Source: Callorhinchus milii (lineage: Eukaryota). From it: a stretch of DNA of 64,000 nt. The stretch is from positions 83,578,001-83,642,000 of the forward strand of contig NW_024704743.1 of NCBI RefSeq assembly GCF_018977255.1, read 5' to 3'. The position numbers and the translations under genes are program-made. Under the pieces are notes generated by a model. It was not told where the DNA came from. It saw only the letters and a list, made by a program, of their open reading frames with translations, and searched no databases. Below, piece after piece: positions 63,106 through 64,000 of the stretch (the first letter of the stretch is position 1; each line of letters starts with the position of its first letter).

Positions 63106-63459
63106 GTGAGCAATAACCATTGCTGGAACAGACTCCCAGCAAAAGCAATTGTCTGATTTGATATGCTTCTTTAAAACTCGTGTGGATAAATATCTGTGTT
63201 TAGAGCTTATGGAGTTGGCTACAGTTTAAGATGATCAAATGCTTCCCAAATGGTTCCTGTGGTGCTGTGTAAATTTTATTGCATAAATGGGAAGAGGGGT
63301 GGAGAACATAGAACAACGATTGTTCAATACGTGTCTGAACGGAGCCAGTAGTTTAGATCTGCATTTGTAAAAATGATCTGTGCTAAGTATTACCATAAAG
63401 GTGATTCTAACAACAGTGGGCAGCGATCTACCACACTGTCCTTTGAGATCACGCAGCAA

Positions 63460-63900
63460 CAGTTCTCTGAATTATATCTGGATGATGGGGTTTAGCTATG
63501 ATGAGCTGGACAGACTTCCCCCTTATCAAATTCCCCCTCATCCTCCTGCCAAGGAGGATAAGGGGGAATTTAATTGAATTAATCTTAAAAATAAGAAATT
63601 TTACAAGATATGTAAGAAGACAACTCTTTCCTCTGGCGGAGAGATCCAAAACACGGGGAAGTTAGTGAGATGTGAGATCAGAAAACATTTCTTCAGATGA
63701 AATGTGGAATGCATGGATGCAGAAGGCTGTAAAGGCAGAATTATTTGAGTTATTTACAAAGGACACGGATAGTTACTTGGTTATTAAGGGTATTAAAGGG
63801 TATGGAGAAAAGTAAGGAAATGGGATGAAAAGATCTGCCATTTAATTTAATAAATCTGTGAACAGGCTTAATGGGCGGTCTCCTATCTTCTCCTGTTTCT
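63460..63900 (+). mobile_element. Old CR1 3' fragment
   Basis: GGGGGAATTTAATTGAA...CTCTTTCCTCTGGCGGAGAGATCCAAAACACGGGG...GGGTATTAAAGGGTATGGAG resembles the CR1 ends at 9.5 kb and 29 kb. Confidence 0.6.
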
Positions 63901-64000
63901 TTGTACCTAGCTCTGCCCCAGGCTGTTTTTTATCGGCAGTCTTGGGATGAGAGGCATTGAAGATGAGGATAGATGAATAATAATAATCCTTGCATTTGAT

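Overview
Vertebrate nuclear DNA, most likely from a cartilaginous fish and possibly a holocephalan. This is inferred from the repeat complement: CR1, L2, Penelope-like elements and Deu-type tRNA SINEs. The only host protein-coding gene I can support is the 5' part of ZNF236 on the + strand. It has five phase-compatible GT-AG exons (37480-37531, 57297-57454, 59377-59541, 60432-60610, 62978-63105) encoding an N-terminal PRGRP AT-hook-like motif and six C2H2 fingers, and it continues past the window. Its CpG island (~37.3-38.5 kb) carries mirror-image YY1 motifs, a candidate antisense first exon, a candidate alternative first exon and an overlapping uORF. A degenerate tandem array abuts the island upstream. 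The first ~36 kb show no recognisable host exons. Most of the remainder is nested TE debris: 5'-truncated CR1 and L2 LINEs, a Penelope-like remnant, an L1 endonuclease fragment, at least three SINE families and TA-flanked MITEs. The most unusual observations are two diverged fossil copies of an unidentified protein-coding sequence with a synonymous-substitution bias (52.8 kb and 57.8 kb), a chimeric SINE in long and internally deleted forms, a MITE with a ~128-bp internal palindrome, and divergently oriented CTCF-like motifs. There is no CRISPR array or prokaryotic system. I cannot claim a new biological system, only candidates worth testing. Repeat boundaries are approximate, and family names come from recalled consensus features rather than database searches.
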